From the NCBI RefSeq assembly GCF_965219815.1, contig NZ_OZ244791.1, positions 2,604,491 through 2,668,490 of the forward strand: 64,000 bases of DNA. Direction: 5' to 3'. Positions 1 to 8,445 of the stretch are shown piece after piece (the first letter of the stretch is position 1; every line of letters starts with the position of its first letter). Both the position numbers and the translations under genes were made by a program. Source of the DNA: Candidatus Poriferisocius sp. (GTDB taxonomy: Bacteria > Actinomycetota > Acidimicrobiia > Acidimicrobiales > Bin134). The notes under the pieces were generated by a model, which saw nothing but the letters and a program-made list of their open reading frames with translations, was not told the DNA's origin and searched no databases.

Positions 1-39
1 TCGTCCGTGGTCTTACTGCTGAGTGGGAGGCTTGAGGTC

Positions 40-723
40 GTGCAGTCTCATTTCACTCCTGAGTTGTTTGAGTTCCTATCTGAATTGCGGGCGAACAACG
101 ATCGCGACTGGTTCGGCGCGAACAAGGGCCGTTACGAAGAGCATGTCAAGGAGCCGTTGTTGGAGTTCATTGTGGACTTCGAGCCGTACCTTCACTCGAT
201 CAGCGAGCACTTCGTGGCCGACTCGCGCGCGAATGGGGGCTCTATGTTCCGCATCTACCGGGACATCCGATTCTCCAAGGACAAGTCTCCGTACAAGACC
301 CAGGCCGCGGTCCACTTCCGCCACGAAGCGGGCAAGTCAGCTCACGCTCCGGGGTTCTACTTGCATTTGGAGCCCGGTGAAGTCTTCGCCGGAGCCGGCA
401 TTTGGCGACCCGACTCGTCCACCGTGGGGCGGATCCGGAGCCGCATCGTGGAAGACCCCGGCGGCTGGGTGAGCGCTAAGGGTGACTCCAGATTCGCAGA
501 GGTGTTCGACCTGACCGGGGACTCACTGAAGCGGCCGCCCAAGGGTTTCGACCCCGAGCACCAATTCATCGAAGACCTCAAGCGCAAAGACCACGTCGCC
601 ACCTGCCACTTCGATGAAGACGAGGTGACCGCAGCAGGGTTTGTTGACGCATTCGCCGATGCCTGCCGAACCTCATCGCCCTACATGGAATTCCTGACCA
701 AAGCGGTGGGCCTTCCGTACTAA
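40..723 (+). CDS. DUF2461 / TIGR02453-family protein (function unknown)
   Basis: ORF track 7..723. The motifs FTPELFEFLSELRANNDRDWF and FRIYRDIRFSKDKSPYK are typical of this family. GGGAGG (25-30) lies 9 nt upstream of the in-frame GTG at 40, which favours that start over 7. Confidence 0.7.
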   Translation: MQSHFTPELFEFLSELRANNDRDWFGANKGRYEEHVKEPLLEFIVDFEPYLHSISEHFVADSRANGGSMFRIYRDIRFSKDKSPYKTQAAVHFRHEAGKSAHAPGFYLHLEPGEVFAGAGIWRPDSSTVGRIRSRIVEDPGGWVSAKGDSRFAEVFDLTGDSLKRPPKGFDPEHQFIEDLKRKDHVATCHFDEDEVTAAGFVDAFADACRTSSPYMEFLTKAVGLPY

Positions 724-772
724 CCGACAGCAGCGGGGAGTGCTGCATGTGTGGGTGGGTCGGGTTTGATGC

Positions 773-2572
773 TTGAAACTGCTGGCTGGCCTCGTAAGCA
801 TGGGCGCCATGGAACAGGGTGACCTCGCTGATCAGCGTCGGATTCGGTTTGAGCCAGACGATAAGCCGCCGACTGCGCTGACGGCGGGGATGGGGCTTCA
901 GTTCGCGATTCTCACCATTGCGGGCATTGTGCTCACGCCGGCAATCGTCATTCGGGCTGCGGGCGGCAGTGACTCGTATCTGATCTGGGCGGTGTTTGCG
1001 GCGGCAATAGTCAGCGGTGTCAGCACAATTCTCCAAGCGGTTCGGTTTGGGCGCATCGGGGCCGGGTACGTGCTGCTCATGGGGACGTCGGGCGCGTTCA
1101 TCGCCGTATGCGTGGCGGCGTTGGTACAGGGAGGCCCCGACTTGCTGGCCGTGCTCGTGGTGGCATCGTCGCTGTTCCAGTTCTTGCTCGCCGCCAGGCT
1201 CTCGCTGTTCAGACGGCTGGTCACTCCCGTGGTGGCTGGCACCGTGCTGATGCTCATTGCGGTAACCGTGATGCCGCTCATATTCGACATGGTGAGCGCT
1301 TCGCCGGAAGGCAAGTCGGACTGGAGCGCGCCGACGAGCGCCCTGGTCACCATTCTGTTGGTGATCGCCATCGCGCTGAAGTCTTCCGGCAGCCTGCGCC
1401 TGTGGGCGCCAGTCATTGGCGTGGTGGCCGGCTCGATCGTGGCCGCCGCCTCTGGGCTCTACGAATTCGATCAGGTGAGCGATGCCGCCTGGGTGGGTGT
1501 GCCCGACGGCGGATGGCCCGGCTTTGACCTCTCATTCGGCTCGGCGTTCTGGAGTCTCCTGCCCGCCTTCGTGATCGTCACGATCATCGGGGCGGTGGAG
1601 ACCATCGGCGACTCCGTGGCCATCCAGCGGGTGTCGTGGCGCAAGCCGCGAGCGGTGGACTACCGCGTCGTGCAGGGAGCGGTGGCCGCCGACGGAACCG
1701 GCAATCTGCTGTCGGGGGTGGCCGGCACGGTGCCCAACACCACCTACTCGACGAGCGTCTCGATCACCGAGCTGACCGGCGTTGCCGCCCGCCGGGTGGG
1801 TGTCGCCATTGGCGTCATATTCATCATGTTGGCGTTCTTGCCCAAGTTCTTGGCGCTGGTGCTCGCCATCCCTGACGCGGTTGTGGCGGCGTATGTCACC
1901 GTGCTGATGGCGCTGCTGTTCGTGGTCGGCATGAGGATCGTCTCCGAAGAGGCTTCGGACTACCGAAAGGGCCTGATCGCGGGCATCGCCTTCTGGCTCG
2001 GCGTCGGATTCCAGAACAACCTGATCTTCCCGGAATACCTGGACGGCTTCGCCGGCGGGCTGCTGGAGAACGGCATGACTTCAGGCGGCCTCGTGGCCAT
2101 CGTGCTGACATTGTTCACCGAGGCCACCCAATCCCGCCGCCACCGACTGCGCACCAATCTGGCAATGCCGGAGCTCCCCGGCATCCAGGAGTTCCTGAAG
2201 GGCTTTGCAAAGCGCCATGGCTGGGCGACCTCGATGTCGCAGAGGCTCGACGCAGTGGCTGAGGAGACACTGGTCACCCTGCTCGAAGCCGAGCAGGCCG
2301 GAGACGCCCCCGATGACCGAACGCTGCGCGTCACGGCCAGCAAGCAGGACGGGCGGGCCGTGCTCGAGTTTGTGGCCGCGGCCCGGGGAGAGAACATCGA
2401 GGATCGTCTGGCGGTGCTCGACGAGCCGACGGCGGACCGGCCCGTCGAGCGCGACGTGTCACTGCGGCTGTTACAGCACTACGCCACCTCCGTGCTCCAC
2501 CAGCAGTACCACGAACTCGAGATCGTCACCGTGCACGTCAACCCACCAGGCAGTGGTGTATCGCATGAATAG
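773..2572 (+). CDS. NCS2-family (xanthine/uracil/vitamin C type) permease with an extra soluble C-terminal domain
   Basis: ORF track 773..2572. The codon at 773 is TTG, and in-frame ATGs at 800 and 809 are alternative starts. About 460 aa are Gly/Ala/Val-rich polytopic sequence with NCS2-like segments (QFAILTIAGIVLTP, GTGNLLSGVAGTVPNTTYS). A non-membrane tail of about 135 aa begins at nt 2165. Confidence 0.7.
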   Translation: MKLLAGLVSMGAMEQGDLADQRRIRFEPDDKPPTALTAGMGLQFAILTIAGIVLTPAIVIRAAGGSDSYLIWAVFAAAIVSGVSTILQAVRFGRIGAGYVLLMGTSGAFIAVCVAALVQGGPDLLAVLVVASSLFQFLLAARLSLFRRLVTPVVAGTVLMLIAVTVMPLIFDMVSASPEGKSDWSAPTSALVTILLVIAIALKSSGSLRLWAPVIGVVAGSIVAAASGLYEFDQVSDAAWVGVPDGGWPGFDLSFGSAFWSLLPAFVIVTIIGAVETIGDSVAIQRVSWRKPRAVDYRVVQGAVAADGTGNLLSGVAGTVPNTTYSTSVSITELTGVAARRVGVAIGVIFIMLAFLPKFLALVLAIPDAVVAAYVTVLMALLFVVGMRIVSEEASDYRKGLIAGIAFWLGVGFQNNLIFPEYLDGFAGGLLENGMTSGGLVAIVLTLFTEATQSRRHRLRTNLAMPELPGIQEFLKGFAKRHGWATSMSQRLDAVAEETLVTLLEAEQAGDAPDDRTLRVTASKQDGRAVLEFVAAARGENIEDRLAVLDEPTADRPVERDVSLRLLQHYATSVLHQQYHELEIVTVHVNPPGSGVSHE

Positions 2573-4139
2573 ACGCCCGGAATTGGGATCTGTCGTTGAG
2601 ACGACGAATGGGCCTATTCGGGGGACGGTCGTTGACACGCCCTATGGGCCGGTTTGCCAGTACTTGGGGATTCCGTATGGCAAGCCGCCACTGGGGGAGC
2701 GCCGGTTCTGCGCCCCTGAGGCGGCGGAGCCGTGGAATGAGGTGCTCGATGCGAGTGCTTTCGGGCCCGATCCCGTCCAAGCGGTCGATGGCCCCTACAC
2801 CGGGGTGATTCCGGGGGCGGATGCGACTTCGGTTTCGGAGGACTGCTTGACCCTGAATGTGTGGGCGCCGTCCGAGGCGGATGCTGATCTGCCGGTTTTG
2901 GTCTGGATCTACGGGGGTGCGTTCCTCACCGGTGGAGGCTCGTTCCCGCTCTATCACGGGGCGAGGCTGGCGGCTGAGCAGCAGGTGGTGGTGGCCTCGG
3001 TGAACTACCGGGTGGGAGCGCTGGGGTTCATGGACCTGCGCCAGGTGCCGGGCGGGGAAGAGACTACGGCCAACTGCGGTCTCCACGATGTGCGGCTCGG
3101 CCTCGACTGGGTGGCGGCCAATGCGGGAAATTTCGACGGCGATCCGGGCACCCTGACCGCGTTCGGCGAGTCGGCGGGGGCGGGGTCAATACTGCATCTC
3201 CTGGGCAGTCCGGGCATCTCGGCGGTGCTGCGGCGAGCCATCATGCAGAGCCCCGGCGTCGACATGACCCAATCGCCCGACGTTGCGGCCACAGTGGCGC
3301 AAGCCTTCATGAAACATGCCGGGGTGGGCGACGTCGCCGGACTCCGGGAGATGGAGCCAGAGGCAATTTTCGAGGCCCAATTCCCGACGGTCATGGACAT
3401 GTTTGCCACTGCGGGGGCCATGCCGTTCCACCCCGTGATCGACGGATCGCTCATCTCGGCAAAGCCGGCAGAGCTGCTCCAAGCGGGAACAGCGACCGAC
3501 GTCGATGTGCTGATCGGCGCCACAGCCCACGAGCTGCGCCTGTTCCATCAGGAACTGCCCGAGGAGAGCGCCGAGCAGATACTCCATCACACGGTGAGCG
3601 GTCACATAAGCGAGAGGACTGGTACCGAGCCCTCTCCCGGCGACGTGAAGGCTGTAGTGGGGGAGTACCGCCAAGCTGCCGAGGGCACACCCTGGACCTC
3701 CGACTCCGACATTCTGACCGCCATCAACACCGATGTCTCCATGAGGGAGCCGATAGAGCGCATCGCCGACTTTCGGGCCGCAACTGGGGCAAGTACCTAC
3801 CTCTACGACTTCCGGTGGTGCTCCCTGGCCGATCCGGATAAGGGGGCCTTCCATGCCATCGACTTGCCCTTCGCCTTCGACAGCTTTCACGTGGACGGCT
3901 GGCGCGAGTTCATTGGTGCCGACAACGCCGCCGAAGCGCTAGGCCGAGGCATGCGATTGGCATGGGCGGCCTTCGCCCGTACTGGAGACCCTTCAACCGC
4001 CGAGCTCGGCCCCTGGCCCCGCTACGACCTCAACCAGCGCACGACCATGATTCTCGACGACACCCCAACTTTGGCTTCCGACCCGTTCCAAAGAGAGAGG
4101 TCCATGTGGCGGTCAGCCGCCAGAGGGGACTCTCAGTAG
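2565..4139 (+). CDS. Type-B carboxylesterase / lipase family protein
   Basis: Track ORF 2205..4139 trimmed to the ATG at 2565 (MNRRPELGSVVETTNGPIRG). Motifs seen are YLGIPYGKPPLGERRF, EDCLTLNVW, WIYGGAF and the nucleophile elbow FGESAGAGS. The start overlaps the permease stop by 8 nt. Confidence 0.9.
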   Translation: MNRRPELGSVVETTNGPIRGTVVDTPYGPVCQYLGIPYGKPPLGERRFCAPEAAEPWNEVLDASAFGPDPVQAVDGPYTGVIPGADATSVSEDCLTLNVWAPSEADADLPVLVWIYGGAFLTGGGSFPLYHGARLAAEQQVVVASVNYRVGALGFMDLRQVPGGEETTANCGLHDVRLGLDWVAANAGNFDGDPGTLTAFGESAGAGSILHLLGSPGISAVLRRAIMQSPGVDMTQSPDVAATVAQAFMKHAGVGDVAGLREMEPEAIFEAQFPTVMDMFATAGAMPFHPVIDGSLISAKPAELLQAGTATDVDVLIGATAHELRLFHQELPEESAEQILHHTVSGHISERTGTEPSPGDVKAVVGEYRQAAEGTPWTSDSDILTAINTDVSMREPIERIADFRAATGASTYLYDFRWCSLADPDKGAFHAIDLPFAFDSFHVDGWREFIGADNAAEALGRGMRLAWAAFARTGDPSTAELGPWPRYDLNQRTTMILDDTPTLASDPFQRERSMWRSAARGDSQ

Positions 4140-4978
4140 ATCTCGGGCACGAAGGTCTGGTCTGACATGGGAGGGCGCACGTAGCCGGTTCTGTCTTGGC
4201 GCTCGGGGAGCTCGACTTCCTCCCAGGGCACTTCCTCGTAGGGGATCATCGACAACAGGTGTGAGATGCAGTTCAGCCGGGCTGCCTTCTTGGAGTCGGC
4301 GTTGACCACATACCAGGGGGCCTGCTTGATGTCGGTGTGGGCGAACAGGGTGTCCTTGGCCTTGGAGAACTCAACCCACCGGGTTCGGCCTTCGATGTCG
4401 ATCGGTGAGAGCTTCCAGCGCCGCATCGGGTCGTTGATCCGGTTGTGGAACCGGCGCTCTTGCTCCTCGTCGCTCACCGAGAACCAGTACTTGATCAAGA
4501 TGATCCCCGACCGCACCAGCATCCGCTCGAACTCCGGACACGACCGCAGGAACTCCCGGTACTCCTCCTCGGTGCAGAAGCCCATCACCGGCTCCACCAC
4601 CCCCCGGTTGTACCAACTGCGGTCGAACAGGATCATCTCCCCGGCGGCGGGCAGCTCGGCCACATAGCGCTGGAACCACCACTGGGTTTTCTCCCGGTCG
4701 CTGGGCGTGCCTAGCGCCACCACCCGAACCACCCGGGGGTTGGTGCGCTCGGCGATCCGCTTGATCACCCCGCCTTTTCCGGCCGCGTCGCGCCCCTCGA
4801 AGATCACCACCACCTTGAGCCCCTTGTGGCGGATCCAGCGCTGCAACCGCACCAACTCCTCTTGGAGTCGAGACAGCTCCCGCTCGTAGTCCTTCTTCTT
4901 GATCCTCGGACGCGGCTCAGGCCTCGGCGCATCCGCTCCGGCGATTCCCAGAACATCGTGGTCAGGTTCTGGACTCAT
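4133..4978 (-). CDS. ppk2: Polyphosphate kinase 2 (PPK2) family protein
   Basis: ORF track. The Walker-A-like FEGRDAAGKGG, the segment LFDRSWYNRGVVEPVMGF, and the whole-length pattern (KYWFSVSDEEQERRF, RWKLSPIDIEGR) are typical of PPK2. Confidence 0.9.
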   Translation of the reverse strand: MSPEPDHDVLGIAGADAPRPEPRPRIKKKDYERELSRLQEELVRLQRWIRHKGLKVVVIFEGRDAAGKGGVIKRIAERTNPRVVRVVALGTPSDREKTQWWFQRYVAELPAAGEMILFDRSWYNRGVVEPVMGFCTEEEYREFLRSCPEFERMLVRSGIILIKYWFSVSDEEQERRFHNRINDPMRRWKLSPIDIEGRTRWVEFSKAKDTLFAHTDIKQAPWYVVNADSKKAARLNCISHLLSMIPYEEVPWEEVELPERQDRTGYVRPPMSDQTFVPEIY

Positions 4979-5097
4979 GTCTTGAGGGTAGTTCCGGCAC
5001 TATTTTCCGACAATAGGGTCAATTGATCGGGTTCGAGCCGCAGCGGGGAGACCCGACCAGTAATTCATGCCACGGGGTCATATGATCCCAGTCGCGG

Positions 5098-6267
5098 GTG
5101 GGTCCGTCGGGGGCATCAAGAGTCTTCGGAGGATCGCAAACCTTGAATTACTACGTGATAGCCGCCGCCGTTGTGGTCGGAACGGCGACGGGTGCCGCTT
5201 CGGTCTATTGGATAAACCGGGGGGTCGGTACCGGATGGATTGTCCTCGGTGCAGCGAGCGTCGGGCTCGGCTGCACAATGGTTTTGACCGCCGGCGCGCT
5301 GCTTGTCGCCGGACCAGATGCATACCTCGTGGTCCATGCGGTGTACCTGGCCCTTGTCATTGGACTGCCGCTGGCGGGTGCAATCGTTCTGGCGTTTGGC
5401 CGTCCGTGCTCGCCGGCCATCATTGCTCTCTGCGTGCTGTCATTGGCAGCGATTCCCGTCGGCGTATACGCCACTCATATCGAGCCGTTTTGGCTGCGGG
5501 TGGATGCAGTGAAGGTGGCCGTCGACGGGATTGGTGAGGAGGTTCGCATCGGCGTGCTGGCCGATCTTGAGACCACTTCGATCGGCAGCTATGAGAACGG
5601 CGTAGTGGATCGGCTGATTGCCCAAAGACCCGACATAGTTGTGATACCAGGGGATCTCCATTCACTGGACTCTGACCTGATCGATGAGTGGTCTCCGCAA
5701 TTCACGGAACTGATCCAACGGCTCACCGACGCCGTGCCGTTCGTCTATTTGGTGAACGGCCATTCAGACACTGCTTCCGACCTTCGGCGGATCGCATGGG
5801 GAACCGGAGCCCGGGTTCTCGACAATGAGATCGAGACGTTTGAGCTCAAAGGAAACGTCTTCCATATCGCGGGAATATCCCTGCTTGACGATGTGTATGA
5901 GCCTGCCGCTCGAAGGGTGGCCGAGCGCTTCGCCCATGACGAATTCCCCGGTGTGCGTTTGCTGCTGGCCCACGAACCAGACGCGATTCTTCTGCTGCAA
6001 GGCAACTCCGTAGACCTGCTCATCGCGGGCCACACCCACGGCGGACAAGTAGCCATCCCCTTCATTGGACCTCCCGTCACTGCGTCGAGGGTGCCAAGGC
6101 AAGTTGCCGCTGGAGGTCTGCACGAGCTTCACGGCACCCCGACCTATGTGTCCACTGGAGTGGGGCGCGAGCGGGGCAACGCCCCTCAACTTCGATTCGG
6201 CGTCCGCCCGTCGATCGGAATCATCGACCTGGTGGCCGAGGAATGGCCTGAGGCCGGAACTGGCTAA
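5098..6267 (+). CDS. Membrane-anchored metallophosphoesterase (calcineurin-like)
   Basis: ORF track (GTG start; true start uncertain). The N-terminal 140 aa or so are hydrophobic. The phosphoesterase motifs seen are IPGDLHS, LLLAHEPD and AGHTHGGQ. Confidence 0.75.
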   Translation: MGPSGASRVFGGSQTLNYYVIAAAVVVGTATGAASVYWINRGVGTGWIVLGAASVGLGCTMVLTAGALLVAGPDAYLVVHAVYLALVIGLPLAGAIVLAFGRPCSPAIIALCVLSLAAIPVGVYATHIEPFWLRVDAVKVAVDGIGEEVRIGVLADLETTSIGSYENGVVDRLIAQRPDIVVIPGDLHSLDSDLIDEWSPQFTELIQRLTDAVPFVYLVNGHSDTASDLRRIAWGTGARVLDNEIETFELKGNVFHIAGISLLDDVYEPAARRVAERFAHDEFPGVRLLLAHEPDAILLLQGNSVDLLIAGHTHGGQVAIPFIGPPVTASRVPRQVAAGGLHELHGTPTYVSTGVGRERGNAPQLRFGVRPSIGIIDLVAEEWPEAGTG

Positions 6268-7367
6268 CGCAGGCTCTCCAGATCGGCGACGTTCATCACT
6301 CGGAGGGCGGGGGGGATGTCCTCCACTACCTGGTTGTAGCGCAGGCCCATGGTGCCGTGGCGGTGGTGGGCGGTGTCGATCCAGTTGGCGAAGCCGGGGT
6401 CCTCGTCGGCCACGATGATGCGGGCGGTGCCGTCGGGCTCGTACACCGCGCTGTGCTTGTTGACGGTGACCTGGAGCCACTCGTAGTCGAGCGACTCCTC
6501 CCAAATGTTGTTGAGCTGGAAGTTCCAGTAGTACGCCTCGATGGGCGGGACGTCTATCACCAGGGCCTGGCCCGGTTCGAGCGTCCAGTAGCCGTGGCGG
6601 AACAACTGGGTGGGGTCGCCCCAACCGCCCGGCTTGTCGTGAGTGGGTAGGAACTCAAGCGTGTTGGGCCGCTCCTGGAACATGTCCAGCCACTCGACGA
6701 ACCGCCTGGCGATGCCGTGAACCTCCAACGCGGCCCGGGCCAGGCCCATGGTCAGCTTCTGCGCCGACAACGGGGGCACAGGATCGCTGGGGCCGTTGAG
6801 GCACTCGATTTGAAGCTCGGAGGGCCGTTCGGTGGTCCGATCGAGATAGAAGTTGCGAATGGCGATCTGGTTGGTCTCCGGCCCTGTCGGCAGCCACCGC
6901 TGACCGGGCTCCAGTTCGGGCTCGTTGATGCTAGCGATCACGTCCACGTACTCGTTCGGCTGGGGATGGTTGAACGCAAGGGCGCCCTGTCGGCCGGGGG
7001 GTGGCGCCCCTTGCCAGAAGCCGCCGGAGAAAGAGTTCAGGCTCAGGTAGTTGACGGTGCCCCGCGGTCCATGGATGCGGTAGTCGAAGGCGCCTTTGAT
7101 GCCGACGCTCTGGTAGAGGGCATCGGGGTTGTCGCAGCCGATCTTCAGGTTGTGGGCTATCGGCAGGATCTGGGCATAGCCGGGCCCGTGGTTCTCAAGG
7201 CGCCCGAGGCCACCTCGGGTTAGACGGCTCAGATAGCGGAAGCCCTCCAGCCGGTCGAGTTCGTCGGTGCTGTTGTCGAGGATGATCTGGCCGGCTTCCT
7301 TCAGGTTGTCGCAGAAATCGGCCCAGACCTTGCCGTTGACTGCGTTCTCTAGGATCTCATCGCTCAT
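6264..7367 (-). CDS. DUF1214-like protein (paralog of 39097..40218)
   Basis: Track ORF 6264..7877 trimmed to the ATG at 7367 (MSDEILENAVNGKVWADFCDNLKEAG). The trim follows alignment with the paralog's N-terminus (KTLDDVAEQRVVSGKAWEEFCDSLKAAG). Shared C-terminal block: YWNFQLNNIWEESLDY .. ADEDPGFANWIDTAHH. Confidence 0.65.
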   Translation of the reverse strand: MSDEILENAVNGKVWADFCDNLKEAGQIILDNSTDELDRLEGFRYLSRLTRGGLGRLENHGPGYAQILPIAHNLKIGCDNPDALYQSVGIKGAFDYRIHGPRGTVNYLSLNSFSGGFWQGAPPPGRQGALAFNHPQPNEYVDVIASINEPELEPGQRWLPTGPETNQIAIRNFYLDRTTERPSELQIECLNGPSDPVPPLSAQKLTMGLARAALEVHGIARRFVEWLDMFQERPNTLEFLPTHDKPGGWGDPTQLFRHGYWTLEPGQALVIDVPPIEAYYWNFQLNNIWEESLDYEWLQVTVNKHSAVYEPDGTARIIVADEDPGFANWIDTAHHRHGTMGLRYNQVVEDIPPALRVMNVADLESLR

Positions 7368-7475
7368 CGGTGTTCGCCTCCTGCCGTAGCTGTGTGCCAA
7401 AAGGCTAGTGGTGCTCCTGGTTTTGGCTTCTAGCCGAAGCAGGGTGTGGCTGTGGCGGGTAGATAGCATCGGCTC

Positions 7476-7766
7476 GTGACCCAGAGCAGGGCAGAGCGGC
7501 GGTTGGCTGAATTGACCGAACGGCTGAAGCGGCTGCGAGCCGACCTGGAAGTGGCCGAGGAGCAATACCTGCACCTCGAGGACCTGGCTGAAGATGCCCG
7601 ACTTCGGGCACTGGTATCGGAAACCCCAGCCGCAGAGCGCCAGCATCGCGATGCCGCCCGCCAGGCCGAGACCATGGCCCGGCATCGGGCCCGGCTCCGG
7701 GAGGAGATCGGCAGCTTGGAGGAGCAGCAAGACGATCTGCTGGACAGGTTCTATTCCGATGTCTGA
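7476..7766 (+). CDS. Small charged coiled-coil protein, hypothetical
   Basis: ORF track (GTG start). The 96-aa sequence is rich in Arg/Glu/Leu/Ala with a heptad-like character. Its stop overlaps the ATG of the downstream ANTAR regulator (ATGTCTGA junction at 7759-7766), which implies translational coupling. Confidence 0.5.
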   Translation: MTQSRAERRLAELTERLKRLRADLEVAEEQYLHLEDLAEDARLRALVSETPAAERQHRDAARQAETMARHRARLREEIGSLEEQQDDLLDRFYSDV

Positions 7767-8445
7767 CCCGTCGGCCCAGCCCGGCTCCACTTCGGCGGCC
7801 GAACCGTCGGCCCAGCCCGACTCTTCGCAATCTCCCGATCCGGTGCGGATCGTGTTGGCCGAGGACGAGGCCATCATCCGCCTCGACTTGCGGGAGACCC
7901 TGGAGGAGGAGGGCTACGTGGTGGTGGGGGAGACCAGCCGGGGCGACCAGGTGCTCGACTTAGTGCGGGAGAAGCGCCCCGACGTGGCCATACTCGATGT
8001 GAAGATGCCGGGGACCGACGGGATCACCGCCGCCGGTCAGATTCGCGACGAGCAGCTGTGCGCGGTGCTGCTGCTTACCGCCTTCAGCCAGCGGGACCTG
8101 ATTGCCCGAGCCGCCGACGCCGGCGCGCTGGCCTACCTGGTGAAGCCGTTCGAGCGGGCCGAGCTGGTGCCCGCGGTGGAGGTGGCCCTGGTGCGGTTCC
8201 GAGAGCTGGTGGCGCTCAACCACCAGGTGGAGCGGGCCGAGGCCCGATTGGAAGCCCGCAAGGCCATCGACCGGGCCAAGGGGCGGCTCATGGACGCGCT
8301 CGCCATGTCGGAGTCCGATGCCTACAGCCACATTCAGCACCAGGCCATGAGCGAGCGCCGTCCCATGGCCGAGGTGGCCGCCGAGATCGTCGAGATGGGC
8401 GACGACCAGCTGAGAGCCTTGAGCGGGGTCCGCGCCGATGGCTGA
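7759..8445 (+). CDS. pdtaR: ANTAR-domain response regulator (PdtaR-like)
   Basis: Track ORF 7594..8445 trimmed to the ATG at 7759. A receiver domain is present (VRIVLAEDEAIIRLDL, DVAILDVKMPGTDG, LLLTAF, YLVKPF), followed by an ANTAR helix region (RKAIDRAKGRLMDALAMSESDAYSHIQHQAMSERRPMAEVA). It sits upstream of polA, as in mycobacterial synteny. Confidence 0.85.
   Translation: MSDPSAQPGSTSAAEPSAQPDSSQSPDPVRIVLAEDEAIIRLDLRETLEEEGYVVVGETSRGDQVLDLVREKRPDVAILDVKMPGTDGITAAGQIRDEQLCAVLLLTAFSQRDLIARAADAGALAYLVKPFERAELVPAVEVALVRFRELVALNHQVERAEARLEARKAIDRAKGRLMDALAMSESDAYSHIQHQAMSERRPMAEVAAEIVEMGDDQLRALSGVRADG

Noticed and set aside
2205-2564. The 5' extension of track ORF 2205..4139, which would make a 644-aa esterase.
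   Set aside because: The extension is Arg/Ser/Pro/Thr-rich nonsense lying out of frame over the 3' end of the permease gene. Carboxylesterase similarity begins only at MNRRPELG (ATG at 2565).
7368-7877. The 5' extension of track ORF 6264..7877 (537 aa), which overlaps the coiled-coil and pdtaR genes on the opposite strand.
   Set aside because: The paralog alignment places the start at 7367. The extension has no family resemblance and conflicts with a well-supported ANTAR regulator.
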